Source of the DNA: Mayamaea pseudoterrestris
Taxonomy: Eukaryota
Length of the DNA stretch: 64,000 nt
Direction of reading: 5' to 3'
Assembly: GCA_027923505.1 (NCBI GenBank)
Contig: BROI01000006.1
Span: 372,001-436,000 of the forward strand
Each line of letters begins with the position of its first letter. Within the stretch, counting starts at the first letter, position 1. A program made the position numbers and the translations under genes. Positions 1-12,279 of the stretch are shown here, one piece after another. Below the pieces are notes generated by a model, which was not told where the DNA came from, did no database searches, and saw nothing but the letters and a program-made list of their open reading frames with translations.

Positions 1-1251
1 CCGCAGCGACTGCGCCAGCCCCACAATATGCTGGAGTTGTTTCGAAAGCGGATTAAGATGAATGAAACTACGCCGCTTGCAGCCTTGGTGTGGCAAGTTG
101 TCGTCGCTCTCGAAAGATTTTGCGAATCCGCTTATTCACAGTTTACCTCGCCGCTTCAAACTTCGTCGAGGGTTGGCGAGTGGGAAGAATATGCGCATGG
201 CCTTGCAATATCTGACTCTGCGTTAGCTGCTGATCACTCGCTATTTTTTCAAAGGCTTGAGGTATGGTATGTTGCTCTCCGCGTCTTGGTGACAACGTGG
301 GAGGAAGACGAGCAGGTGGTCCTGCAATGGCTGCAAATGAACGACGCTCTCACTGAGTCGACGTATGACAGCGATGATTTGCTGGAATTAATCGCTAATC
401 TTCGACAACGTGCCAGCAACCAGTACATTTACTTTAAGTGGAACAGACTGAAACATCACTTGGAGGAAAAGAAAAGGCGGTTTGGAGATCATGTTCGTTG
501 CATTGTTTTTGTTCAGCAGCGCATCACGTCGTATGTATTGGCAAAGATGATAAATGACCACCATTTCGCCCTAGGACTTTGTGCGGGCTTCGTGTCGTCA
601 CGAGGAAGCAAGATCACCCCGAGCATCAAGGTGTCAAAATCCATGGTTGCCGAAAGCATACAAAAATTTCGCGATGGCCAGTTAAACGTCCTCGTCGCTA
701 CATCAGTCGTTGAGGAAGGCATAGACATTCCTGAAGCCAATGTTGTGATTCTTTATGATTCCATGAAGGATTCCGTGGAGCTGTGTCAGCGGTTTGGCCG
801 AGCGAGGGCGCATCAGTCGTCTATCGTTATCTTAGACGAACGCAATGACCGCCCGGTAGTGCTTTTAGAAAGCGTCCGCAATATCCAGGACACGCTTGTT
901 AACGAGTTTGATCCTGTTACTATCGGTATTAATGTCGCTGAAGAGCGCCTAAGGCAAAAGGGTCGCGAGCAAGGTGGGTATCGGAGTGTTCTATGCCATG
1001 AAAAATGTGTTAAAACGCCTATTCTCGCGCTGAACGAATACAAAGTGAAGACAAAGGCGTACCTAACGGAACAGTGGAGTAATTGCGATTGTCACTTTCG
1101 GTGCAATATGGAGTATAAAAGCATCCTTAGGACCTTGAATGCCACTGGTGAGGGTGCAACTAAGCAGGGAGCGAAGATTCTCTGCGCCGACAACCTTCTC
1201 CGCGAGCTAAAGCGAGTGACAGCAGGCATGGCACAATCAGGTCTTAACTAA
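1..1251 (+). CDS. Dicer/RIG-I-like SF2 helicase (C-terminal part) with terminal double-stranded RNA-binding domain; 5' end probably outside the window
   Basis: Frame is open from base 1. Helicase-C motifs CIVFVQQR, FRDGQLNVLVATSVVEEGIDIPEANVVI and QRFGRAR. C-terminus PILALNEYK...F.C...ATGEGATKQGAKILCADNLL fits the dsRBD pattern. No RNase III before the stop. Confidence 0.8.
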   Translation, partial: PQRLRQPHNMLELFRKRIKMNETTPLAALVWQVVVALERFCESAYSQFTSPLQTSSRVGEWEEYAHGLAISDSALAADHSLFFQRLEVWYVALRVLVTTWEEDEQVVLQWLQMNDALTESTYDSDDLLELIANLRQRASNQYIYFKWNRLKHHLEEKKRRFGDHVRCIVFVQQRITSYVLAKMINDHHFALGLCAGFVSSRGSKITPSIKVSKSMVAESIQKFRDGQLNVLVATSVVEEGIDIPEANVVILYDSMKDSVELCQRFGRARAHQSSIVILDERNDRPVVLLESVRNIQDTLVNEFDPVTIGINVAEERLRQKGREQGGYRSVLCHEKCVKTPILALNEYKVKTKAYLTEQWSNCDCHFRCNMEYKSILRTLNATGEGATKQGAKILCADNLLRELKRVTAGMAQSGLN

Positions 1252-1398
1252 ACGAGTAGGATCTGAAGGCTTTGTTAATGCTCAGTGTTTATATGAATGC
1301 GTTCGTAGTACGCCGTAGCTCCGCTTCCCATGCTCATCCTATGTGCACTCACACATGTGGCGATGTTCCCCTTGCGTATCTTATGTGAACCCAATGAA

Positions 1399-4300
1399 TC
1401 AAACTCTCTGGGCTTCTTCATAGCCCGACATCTCATCTGCTTTAATGTTCTCCAATTGCTTTGTCTTGCTAAGTCCAACCTTTCCCGAAATGTCCCCGCT
1501 CAAAAGAGAATCCTGTCGCTCGCCGCTGCTCGTGACGCGTAAGACTGTAATTGCCGACACATGTACATTTTCCTCCAAGGTAGCAGACAAGTCCAACTGC
1601 TTGCCTGTGTAATCAATGCTCCAAAAGAGAATCTCTCCATGTTCGTGTCCTGTCACCACAGATATCCCATTCTCCATCCACTCTGGGCAATTTGTTGAGA
1701 CAGCACAGGTGGGCAGGCTCGCCTTGTGGTTAACTAGTCTTGCAATCAAATTTCCATTAATGTCGAAAATAGTGACCAGCGAACCGACAAGCGTTACCAC
1801 GTTGCCGTTGCTGTTGTTTATTGAAATGGATATGACCGGATCTTTTGCTTCGCTTATCTCCAGCCTTCGCACGAAAGTGTACGTTCTTAAGTCCCATAAA
1901 AGACAAGAGCCTTCCCCGCAACCGCTTGCAATCATTCCAAACTCCGTAGAAATATCAATGCAGGTGATGTGTGATCCTTCATGTCCGCAAAGCGTGCATT
2001 TTACGCTTAGCCGGTTATCCGCATATCGCCAAACTTTTAGCGTTGAGTCAAGACCGCCCGTGACGAGCCAATCGCCGTTCAAGGACGCCTTCGCTGCAGT
2101 AATTGGAGTTCGATGTAGCGCATCATGAAAGCTGATCGATTTACTTGGTTCATTAGAACGCGCCGACGTAATACATGAATGGATGCTGACGCCGTTATTG
2201 ATACCACCAAAGCGCACATAGCGCTTCGATGGCAACATTAATGCACACATCCGACCAACACCAACCAACTGCAACTTGTTAATGAGACAAATATCTCCCA
2301 CTGCTGTCTCAGACTGCCCATAGAGTCCCAGTCTGCACGTATCTGTGGATACACACTCAACCGAAACGCGATTGGGAGCCCCGACGATGCAAAAAGGTGG
2401 TGTCAGCGAGGCGAGGAACAGTAGCGTGCCCATGTCCATGACTCTGCCTCTGGACGAGTATCCTGGGATTCTTTGAGGAAAAGGGCGCCGCTCAAGGCGA
2501 CTTGGTGTTTGGCCAAAATTTTGTATTTGTGCAATAGTAGATGCTTTCTGAACTGGATCCTCCATTGATTCGAGGTCTACTTGTCCTTCATATGTCACAT
2601 GGACAAAAACGTTCATTGACTTTACAGCCTCGCTGCCTCGTTGCTTATACCCAAAAATTAAATCTGCCCAGTGATGTAAATTGCGGCTGACATACTCGCT
2701 CTCAAGTGCTTGCCGATTTATTCGAACAAATAGTTGAGGGTCTCCTTTCGCCCATTTAGGTAGAGAAACATCGTGGACTGTTTTGCCTCGTTGCGTTTCT
2801 CCAAAGTCAAAATGATTGGTGTTCGTCAGGAAATCGGGAAGGTAAAAGAACTCAGGGATTAGTTCGCGAACGTCCTGCAGATTGTCTGTACTCGCGCTCT
2901 TCCAGCTGCGACCGACATCGTGGAACAGACGATCTGCGAGATCGAAACGTCCACCTTGGAGTGATAAAGCCAACCGAGAGAAAGGTTCGAGACGCATCAG
3001 ATAATACAACACATAAGCCGCGCATGAGTAGTGAGTACCGTAGTGGAACGGGGGCGGATCGTCGTCAGTAAAGCAGGTTGATGCCAACGCATCATACCGC
3101 TCGCGAAATTGTTGGGCGCGTTGTTCACCTATACCTCCCATCGGCTTGGAAAGGTCCCGGTATGTCGCTGGATCGTCTAAGTCAATCTCATCGCTGTCAT
3201 AGTCAGCGATCACCCAAGGAAAAACAGGATATTGGGTCAGGTCATTAAAGGTCCTTCCAGCAAATGAATTAAGATGCATGATGAATTCAAAATTTGTCAT
3301 CTTCCGATTCACCCACTGCGATACAACTTTGGCTTTTAAGTTATTCATGAATTTTGTGTAGCTTATGAAGTTGCCGTAACTCGAACTGAAGATGCTCTTT
3401 GGAAGCTTGGATTGGAGGACTTTAGTGAGAACCTCTTCTCGTTCGTCATTATTGCTAAAGGCGACAAGTGTGCTTTTGCGATGGACATCGTGGAATTCAA
3501 GGGCTGTGTGTTGCAGCTGATAGCGTCGCCGATATACGGAATATAGCTCGGAAAATGAAATTCTTTGACTTCGATGTTGGTAAAGTACGTCGTGTGGAGA
3601 TTGCGCAGAGCTGCTTTTTAAGCGGTGGCCTTGCTTTGTGTTTTTGGAGAGCATTCGTTCCTCGTTCAAAGCTGCGATTTCAACTAATGACTTTTCTTCG
3701 CTCACTTTGAAGTTCTTTGGGCGCAAATTGATGTTAAAACTAGACTGCTCGCGATCTACTCGAGTGATCTTTCCATCCATACCGAAGCCGCCAACCTGCT
3801 CGAATCCGTCAATAATGTAGAGAGCATCTTGACACCAGAGGAGAAGGGCTTTTGTAACTTCAAGGCCCGTGCAGCGCCTGACGTTGTACGATTTCTCAGG
3901 CCAGTCTCCAGGCTGCAAAAGACCAGTTATCAATCCATAACTCGACGAATCTTCATGATCATTGTCGGCCTTATCAGTTGAATGGTTAACCGCTACGTCC
4001 TCTGCTGTAATGACGGTATCTCTCGCTTCTTCTTGAATCGCCTGAGCGAAATTCAGAGCATTTGCGTCGACGGCCGCACTCACAACGCCATCATAATCCA
4101 GCTCCTCTTCTTCAATGCTTAATGCTCGCTTTATGTTAAGATCTTTTAACAGCTCGGCTGTAGCCTCAGTCTCAGCGTTTACAAAGAAAGTGGGATCTAA
4201 CGCATCAGTAACAGACCCCTGGACATTAGTGCATTGTTCGCTGCCATCCAAGTTGTAGATCCCATGAAACTCGTAATTGGGAAGTAATCGTCTTCGCTGC

Positions 4301-7300
4301 TGCTCGCTGCCCTCTGACAAATCCAATTTCCAACGGTTAACATTCTCAACCTCCAAACTGACATTTAAATGACTCACTGGCTTCCCGTTTCTCGCCTTCA
4401 AGGAAGCCAACCAAGCACTAGAACTCATTGCCGCCGTCTTGTTTTGTGGCCCACCTTCCCAAATGGATCCGGAACCCTTTAGTTGGCGAAGAAGAGTTTT
4501 CCACTTCGTTGCGCCGTAAGCCAGATCGTCAAAGCCTTGCCTCTTCCACCTGGCATGACTGTCTGTTGTCCGCTCAGCAGATCGACGAGCCAGCTCGCCC
4601 CGTTCAATTCCTCCAAGTATCGAATTGTCAGAAGTATGTGTGGTGAGCTTTAAGAGCATAAGCTTTTGTTTGTTTTCGATCGCTTCGTCATGAGGGGTGG
4701 CTATTTTCGAGAACTCGGGAAACATTCGAGCGACTCTTTCGTCGACGGCCTTAAACACAAGATCAACCTGAGACTGGTTGCGTTCAAACCACTCAAAAAA
4801 CGATGAGTACTTTTTCTTAACTGACGACGCAGTAGCGCCGGATTTATTTGAGACGGAAGCTGCTTCGTGCGCTGTAAGCAATGCTCGAAAACCTCCTCTG
4901 TTTACCACATCAATTGTTTCAACTTGGTTCCCAGTTTTGATCTCTGCGACGAGAAGCTCCGACATCACGGACAATCGATGTTGCAAAAGAGCGACAAGAA
5001 TTGAGACGGCTGGTCCCCTTATGTCCTCTCGAGCATTATTTAAAGATCGTTGCAAGACAATAATGAGCGGCGCAACAAAAACAACTTGCGAGTTGGTGTT
5101 GTCACTGATGTCCGGATAAGAAGCGCTTTGATCCAGCGTACATCGTACAAAGCTGGCAGACAACCAAGTCGGAAAAAGGCGAGATTGATGTGGTGGTCTT
5201 GCAACAGTGCTGGTGGATGGGACACGCCTTCTAGCCTTCCGCTCTCGAGGTTGGACAAGTAGCAAAGCATCAATGTTCGCTTCGATAAGAGCAAGTACAA
5301 CAGCTTGAAAGTCTTCATCGCCCGGATCATGATAGCTCATTGGCAGGGTCATCTTTAGGGCCGCAACACACATTAGTCCGGCTATATGCGCAGCATCAGT
5401 AGTGAGAAGCGTGTGCTCAGCGTTATCCAGCGAGGCACTAGCCTGGACCCCAGAATCTATTAATGTCTCAAGAATCGACAAAGCAATTTTCACTGATTCC
5501 AGAGAAGCTTCCGCTGTAAAGTAAGCATTCGTTTGCTGGTTAAGTAAAACTGAACACAGACCCACGCAGTTCCCCATGAAGACAGCGTCGCCGTACTCCA
5601 ACACTTCTTGGATAACAGATTGACACTGCTCAATGAGTATCAAATGCAATGCTTCAACCTGCTGAGCAGATGCATGTATCGGAAAAGATTGAAACATGGT
5701 ATGTAATACAAGCGCTGCTGATGGTGCTGAAACCATAGCATCTAGAATAACCATGCGAAGTAGTCGCACCATGCCAAGGCTACCATCGTCGACCTCATTG
5801 GCGGTTCCCACAAATCTTTCTGTTGGGGGTATGTCCTTGGGAGTCGCGGAAAGCATAACGCGCCGTCGAGGTCGAGTCGACATCCGCTCGTTGTATATCA
5901 AGCATAAAGCTTGCGACAAAGGTTCCAAAAAATTGCGAGTGGTGCAAAATTGCTGGAAGGCCGGGGAGACTTCGTGTCTGTGTGCAATTAAATAGATGAC
6001 GGCAGCGTTCGTTTCTCGAGCAGTTGCACAGGCTACAGCATTATTGGACATGTATTTTATGTTTCTTCCAATGCATTCCGCTAAAAGACCAAAAATCTCA
6101 CTAGACGGATCATCCGACACTTGCTCCGTTCTGTATTCACTCGATTCACTGTCGAAAACTTCGCAAAGCTGCTCAGGATCAAGACGAGCAAAGAATGGAA
6201 GGTGAAGGATGGGGACATTTAGAAGCTCGCTCAGTAACGTCAGCGTGATGCCAGGGCAAGTGGCGAACTTTGGGACACTTAGAACAAATGGTGAAAACCC
6301 ACCAGCAGTCCAGAAGATCGATTCAAAAGCTGAGGAACCTTGTAACATTAATATCATCAACCGCAGTGTCGCTGATGCCGTAGCTTCTTCATGGCAACCT
6401 TCAAGCACTGTTGCGAACCAGACTGGCGTAAGAAAGCCCGAAAATGCGGAGAGGAAAGCTTGAGCTTGCTGGTGCTTAGGGTGTGTTTGATTTGTCGCTG
6501 ACTTGCCGCGCGTTATAAGTGTTGACAAGTAAGGTTGGTTCGGACTCGCTACACCACCAGAGTGGTATCGCACAGGGTTCTGAGGAACGCTCTTCTCGCC
6601 GGAATGCTTCGGTTGCGGCGCTGGCGGCGCGTTAGCAACAATTTCGTTAACTCCATCAACTATGAGCTCTTCCAGCAATCGCACTAAATATAAACGTGCC
6701 GTGGGACCAGGACGCATCCGTTCTTCCGCTGTTATTGATCCGCTTATATCTACGACACCCTGTTTAAGGGCAATATCATGCACTTTCGTCGATGAGCCAG
6801 AGATTGCCAGCGTAAAAATAATGCCATCTGCTACCGCTTCGAGATCACCGGGCGTCAACATGAATGTAAGAACTCTCCGTAACAATTTCTTGCAATCAAG
6901 TAGAAAACTGTTTCCAGGGTCACCGCCCACAGTAACGTCCGAAACTAGCGGTGATTCTGAGTACCACCCTTGCTTCACTTGTTTTATCCCCTCAATATCA
7001 CCAGCGCTCGCGCACCGTTGGAGTGCAACTTCAGAAGCGCTGTACAGCTCTGCGCCTTCGATCATGAGATGCAGTGCCCAACGTATGATCCCGACTAAGT
7101 GTAGCCGGCGAGCATTGAAAGATTTGTGCAAGGCTTTCTGACTAACAAGAACATTTAATGCAGATAGTAGTCGGAGCGGTATGCTAGGACCGCATCTTTG
7201 AAGGTCCCAAACCTGATGGTTTAGCAAAAGGTGCTTCATCGCATCGACATCTGACAGCACCCATGACGTCTCAGCGTCATCGTCAAACTGCACATCCACC

Positions 7301-10300
7301 GACAAGGGAGCGACCGTGTCAAAATCGAGCGAGGGCGCGAATCCTGTAACGGCAAAAGCAAGACATTCGTCAAGACAACTTATGTCCGCAAGGCCTCTTT
7401 CTTTTATTAGTACAGCCAGGATACGGTAGCCACCCCCAATTTGCATTGACTCCAGGTTGGGCGGATGCCTGTTTGTGCCTTGTCGGATTAATCGCAATGC
7501 ATACGCGAGGGACCGAGGCGATGATGCAGCATCCACCAAAGGAGTAAGCAAGTCCGGGCCACCAGCTTGGAAGAGGCAGTCTGAAAACCCAACGCTTGTC
7601 ACTAAACTATCCTTGCCGTATACAATCGCATCGGTCGCAACATTGTCATTGGAGAAATTCAGACGAGCCAAATTCACAAGCCTTTCGAAATGCAGAGTTC
7701 TTTTGCTTGGAAGAACATCATTACGCAACCTGCTGTTGGCCGCAAGCGCTTGATAGGCGAATACAACGCAGTCTGGAGGGATTACGCAAAGCAAACCCAC
7801 TGCTGATAAATCATCTCTATCCGACTCTTGCGGCCCAGTCGTGCTCAACCCTGCGCCCTCAAGTTTTTGGATGTTGCGTCGTTTAAGCGCACTGGCTATA
7901 CTCCCTGGTTCGCCGGTCTCAGCGAGCAGGGAAAACGTTAAAGTGCCGGTGGCAGCCAATGACATTCTTTGCGGTCGATCCCCCCATAAAATACTGGGAA
8001 AGTTAGGACCGCACGCATGTACTGCCGCTGCATCGAGATCGAGCAAGACCATCGATAAAAGTATACATGGTCCAAGCTCCCATGGCGAAATTCGTCCACG
8101 AACTATTCCAGAGGCAGCTAAAGTAGGATTAGGTGCACCGATGATGACAGAAGCATTGAGTGGCAAGGTTACAGAATCAATCCGCACTTCTGCTTCCAAC
8201 GCTCGTCCGTTAATGAATAAAGAGAAGCTGGATTTTCGCGACATCATTGTCCGCTTTGACGGCAAATAAGTAAGGAGCACATGGTGCCAAACGTCTGTCG
8301 TCAGTGGAGACACAGGAAAACAGGTAGGTTCGCCCCTGTATGATGCCGATGACACCACGGTGAATCGTTTATTTGACAAATCATACCAGACGGATAAATA
8401 AGACCGTTCTTGGTTAGCAGATAAGGGGTTCGTGGGTGCACAAACGTCAAAAATGTAGAGATTGCCTGTGCCATCAAACTCGTCGGATGAGCGCAGTCGA
8501 AGCCATGTGGAAAACGAAAACCCAGATCCGAGGAGCGGGGCCCACACCTTGTCAGTAGTGTCCTCAGTAGGCGATGCTGATTGCTGCAGTGCCTTAGCGT
8601 CTAGAGATGTGATTTCAACAAAAGCCAGTCGAGACTCCTGTGCAACACGACGTAGCCTGTCGTCTACATCGACATCATGCAAGAGGACACCGATGCTGTT
8701 AATCGAATCGCCTCCCACCCGAACAAGCGGAAACGCATTCGAAAATTCAGCAATTTCAGAAGCAAAACGCAATCTCTCGCAAAAAGCGTCATCTTGAAGA
8801 CGATCGATTGTCGGTAGAGGAGATGACGCTATCCCATTCGTACACATACTTTTTCCCACCGAGGAGCTTATTACGGGCAGTATAATGCGGTCTTCAGACT
8901 GTTGATTCATCAAAAGAGGCCCAAGCACGGAACGAAGAAGACCAACAAAGTCTCTGTATGACATATTGAAGGAGGCGAGTCGACGTAGAAAAGATAGCAG
9001 GAGCGGCTGGAGTGATTGGCCAGTAAACAACAGAGGAGCAAACTCATCCGGACTGGTCAAACTACATGCGAGCCCGCATGTTGCCAACGAGCGCAAATTC
9101 GAGCTAGTGGCTTCATCGCCACATGCGCGTAGTATCGGTTCCAGTGTTTGAAGCGCCTCTGCACTTTTATTATCAGCTTCCGACAAAAAGAGAGTCATAC
9201 GAAGGAGCAAGCGAATAGCGTCTGGGTTTCTGATCGATGCTGGCTCATCGACAGCGTCAACTTTCAGCTCAGCATCAATATGTCGCAAGCAAAGATCCAT
9301 GACTTTTGAGGACGATTCTGTTTCCATAACAGCAGTTCCAAAAATTGCGGCAGCTAGGTCCGAATAAAAGCTGCATTGTCGTACAAAGCTTCGATTTAGT
9401 GCCCCAGGTGACGCGAAGGAAGACTGTGACGAAACTGGATCCACAAATATATTGCAAGGCAGAATCACAGGACATGCATCAATCGATGATGCACCATCTT
9501 TATTCTTCATCCCAAATGCTGCATCCAGTGTACCGAAGACAGCTTTTAAACACTTCAGAACTTCTTTTTGGTGATAATCAGATTGCATCGCCATACCCTC
9601 CATACATAATACGACCGACAAAATTGTTTCAAAGCCCTCACACGTACGGAACGCCTCTCGAGCCGACTGTGTCGACTCTAAACTTGAACGCACAATCAAA
9701 AGAACCACAGTTAGTCGCTCCAAAGCAATGTTTTGGCCATCCGTGTCAAATTTTGAGGATGCCAGCGGCTCTCCAAGTTCACGTAGAAGAGTAAACACAA
9801 ACCGAAGTTCACGCTCATGCATGTCAAGAGATACAGAGGAGGACATAAAAACTTCGTAAGCACTCGCAATGGAGCCCACCGCGTCGTTACCTAGTTCATT
9901 TATTGCATACCGCAGCAGCCTGTGTATTGTCAACGCGCCCAATTCCCTTGCGGCGACAGCTTGCTGCGACACCAAAAGTCTTACAAGGTTGCTTACAATA
10001 CTGAACATAGAGTCAAATTCGGTTTTAGAAAGAGGCATTCCATTGCTGCCATGCGTTAAAGTATGCGCTTCCAGCAGTTCAACAAATTTAGGCAAGTTGA
10101 TGACGAGAAAGCTTTCAGTCATGAGCGGCGCAACGCGCTGATCGAATTGCAAAAGCTTTTCCAAAGTATTGCCCATCAGAGTCAAATCTTGCAGTAACAT
10201 GACCTCATTAGTAGAGTTAATTGTCGTCGACAACGATTTCTTGCTCAAAAGAGCCTGACACAGAGCGAAAAACACTTCAACGTACGCAGTCAGTGGTGTC

Positions 10301-11936
10301 GTCTCGTTTTTAATTTCAATCGCTGTCAGAACAAACTCAAGTGTCTTTAATATCGACATCTTCGTTTCTTCATTCGCGACACACGGTAGCGCCAGTACAG
10401 AGTACGATAGGACATGTTGTCGACCCTCTAAAATTTCGTAGTTCCGAGGGTGATCCGAAAATATCTGGAGTATTGCACTTAAAAGTGCGGACATTGCGTC
10501 GTACGCGTACTCGTCCTGTCCGACAATAATTTCCGACGCTGCCGATCGCATATTCATCGCAACTTCAATCGATATAGCGGCCAGGTCCGATAAAGGTTCC
10601 ATGTCAGCGATTGGATACGGCAACGTATCATTTTGCCTCCGCTTACATTCACGGAGCAATGGATTTGACCCAACAAGAAGTTCCTCTAGAATCTCAAATA
10701 TTTGCGTATTGCTGGCAACCTTTTCAGCATTGTCAATCGTTGCTCCACCGGGACAGCATGCCAAGGCAGGAAGCAACTCGACGAGCTTTGCACCATGCGG
10801 GTTTGTTCCATGCTTGATCGCAAACCGAAGCACATCATAGCCACCAGCTTCCTCGAAATCATTGACAAGATCCACCGTCAAGAACCGACATGATGCCACG
10901 AGCAGTTTCACAATCGTCTCCAACGCAATGTACCAAAGGCCATGTTTCTCCGCGTCAGCCCCAGTGAGTCCTTTGGATGCAGCAGATGCAATAGCCGCTG
11001 GCCCTTCAATTTCCGTCGGAGCAATGCCACACAGTTCCTTGACATCATCCGTCATGTGCATGATCATTCTTCGATCATGAATGAACCACACCAACTGTCG
11101 CGACAAGCATCCATCCGCCACGGCAATAATCACTTCGGACGCAGCCTTGGCAACGTGCACGCCCGACTCTGGATACGACGCCCCCGACAGTGCCAACAGT
11201 CCAAACAGATGCGGCCGCAGTTGCTCACCAACCGTCACGTTGACGCAAAGGCAACATAGCAGTTTCGAGACTTTGGTGGTTGCTGTCACGGCAATGGGAG
11301 TGATGATTGTAGTTGTTTGTGACGTTGCAGCTTGCTCGGAGGCGTGCTGCAGCTCCACGACGCGCAGCAGGCGCATGCAATGCACCAAGTTTGGCGGCAG
11401 TTCATTCTCCACGCAGCGAGCGACGAAATGTTCGTAAGTTGAATGTTTCAAGAGAATGTCAATGTCAGATGCAGGAAGATTGTCCGGATTATCATCATCA
11501 TCTTCTGTCGTCGTTGCACATGTTGCTCCCAAAAGTGTCAACAGTTCCGCCTTCCAAGCAATCGAATTTCCTTCCTTACTCTTTGCCGCCAAAACAATCT
11601 TTTGGACGCCGTCACCAAGGTTACGCGCCGCCGTTCCTACTTCCTTGTCTAGTCGATTCTTGTCACGCAAGGAAAGGAAATTGTTGCTCGTGCCGTGCCT
11701 CTGGCTGGAGTTACTGTTGCTGCCAGCGCTGTACAAAAAGTGGTTGGTGTGAATGTAAGTCGATTGATTCATGCACATGTACTAGAATAGGCATTCAGCC
11801 ACAATTATATCTTTACTTACTGGCCATCTCCCCACGCACGAAACGTGTCTGTATCCGAAACCTCTCGAGGAGTGCTTGCATCATCCTTTTCGGCCGTCGC
11901 CGAAGCATTATTCTTGTTCCCAAAGAGTCTCCACAT
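1399..11936 (-). CDS. BEACH-domain protein (ConA-like, PH-BEACH, WD40; ALFY/LvsA/SPIRRIG-like). Exons 11936-11821 and 11728-1399
   Basis: BEACH motifs HLNSFAGRTFNDLTQYPVFPWV, FHYGTHYS, DVRELIPEFFY, FGQTP, followed by WD40 repeats. Upstream exon MWRLFGNK... ends CA|GTAAGT and joins TACAG|C in frame (92-nt intron). No C-terminal FYVE seen. Confidence 0.93.
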
Positions 11937-12279
11937 TTCTTGTACATTGACAGTGAAGAATATAGATATCACTTATACAATTATTAACCAGTAATTGCAA
12001 ATGTCTCGGTTTTGTCAAGCTCGAACGAAAGAGCAGGCTTGATGTGAAACAGAAAATCATCGGCCGGTTCACCATCATGGTGAATCACCCCGACGCGCGC
12101 GAGAAAGCAGACCCAGCACCTAATGAGAAACGCTGCGACGTTCGCCCCATGGAAGCAGCATTGGATCGGAGGCAGCAAAAGACGGCACTTGTTACAAGCA
12201 GAGCCTCTTGTGTGATTTATTATTGAAAGCATTTACGCTCTCGCCAACTTGCTCATCCATTACGAGACTGTGTAACATC

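Noticed and set aside
1616..11987. Many + strand ORFs (60-224 aa) antisense to the BEACH gene
   Set aside because: Shadow ORFs of a long coding strand with no recognisable motifs. The same applies to antisense ORFs over chlH, DnaJ and the RGG gene.
12085..12110. CGCGCGCGAGAAA as an E2F/MCB site upstream of POLA2
   Set aside because: Does not match the TTTSSCGC consensus exactly; too weak to call.
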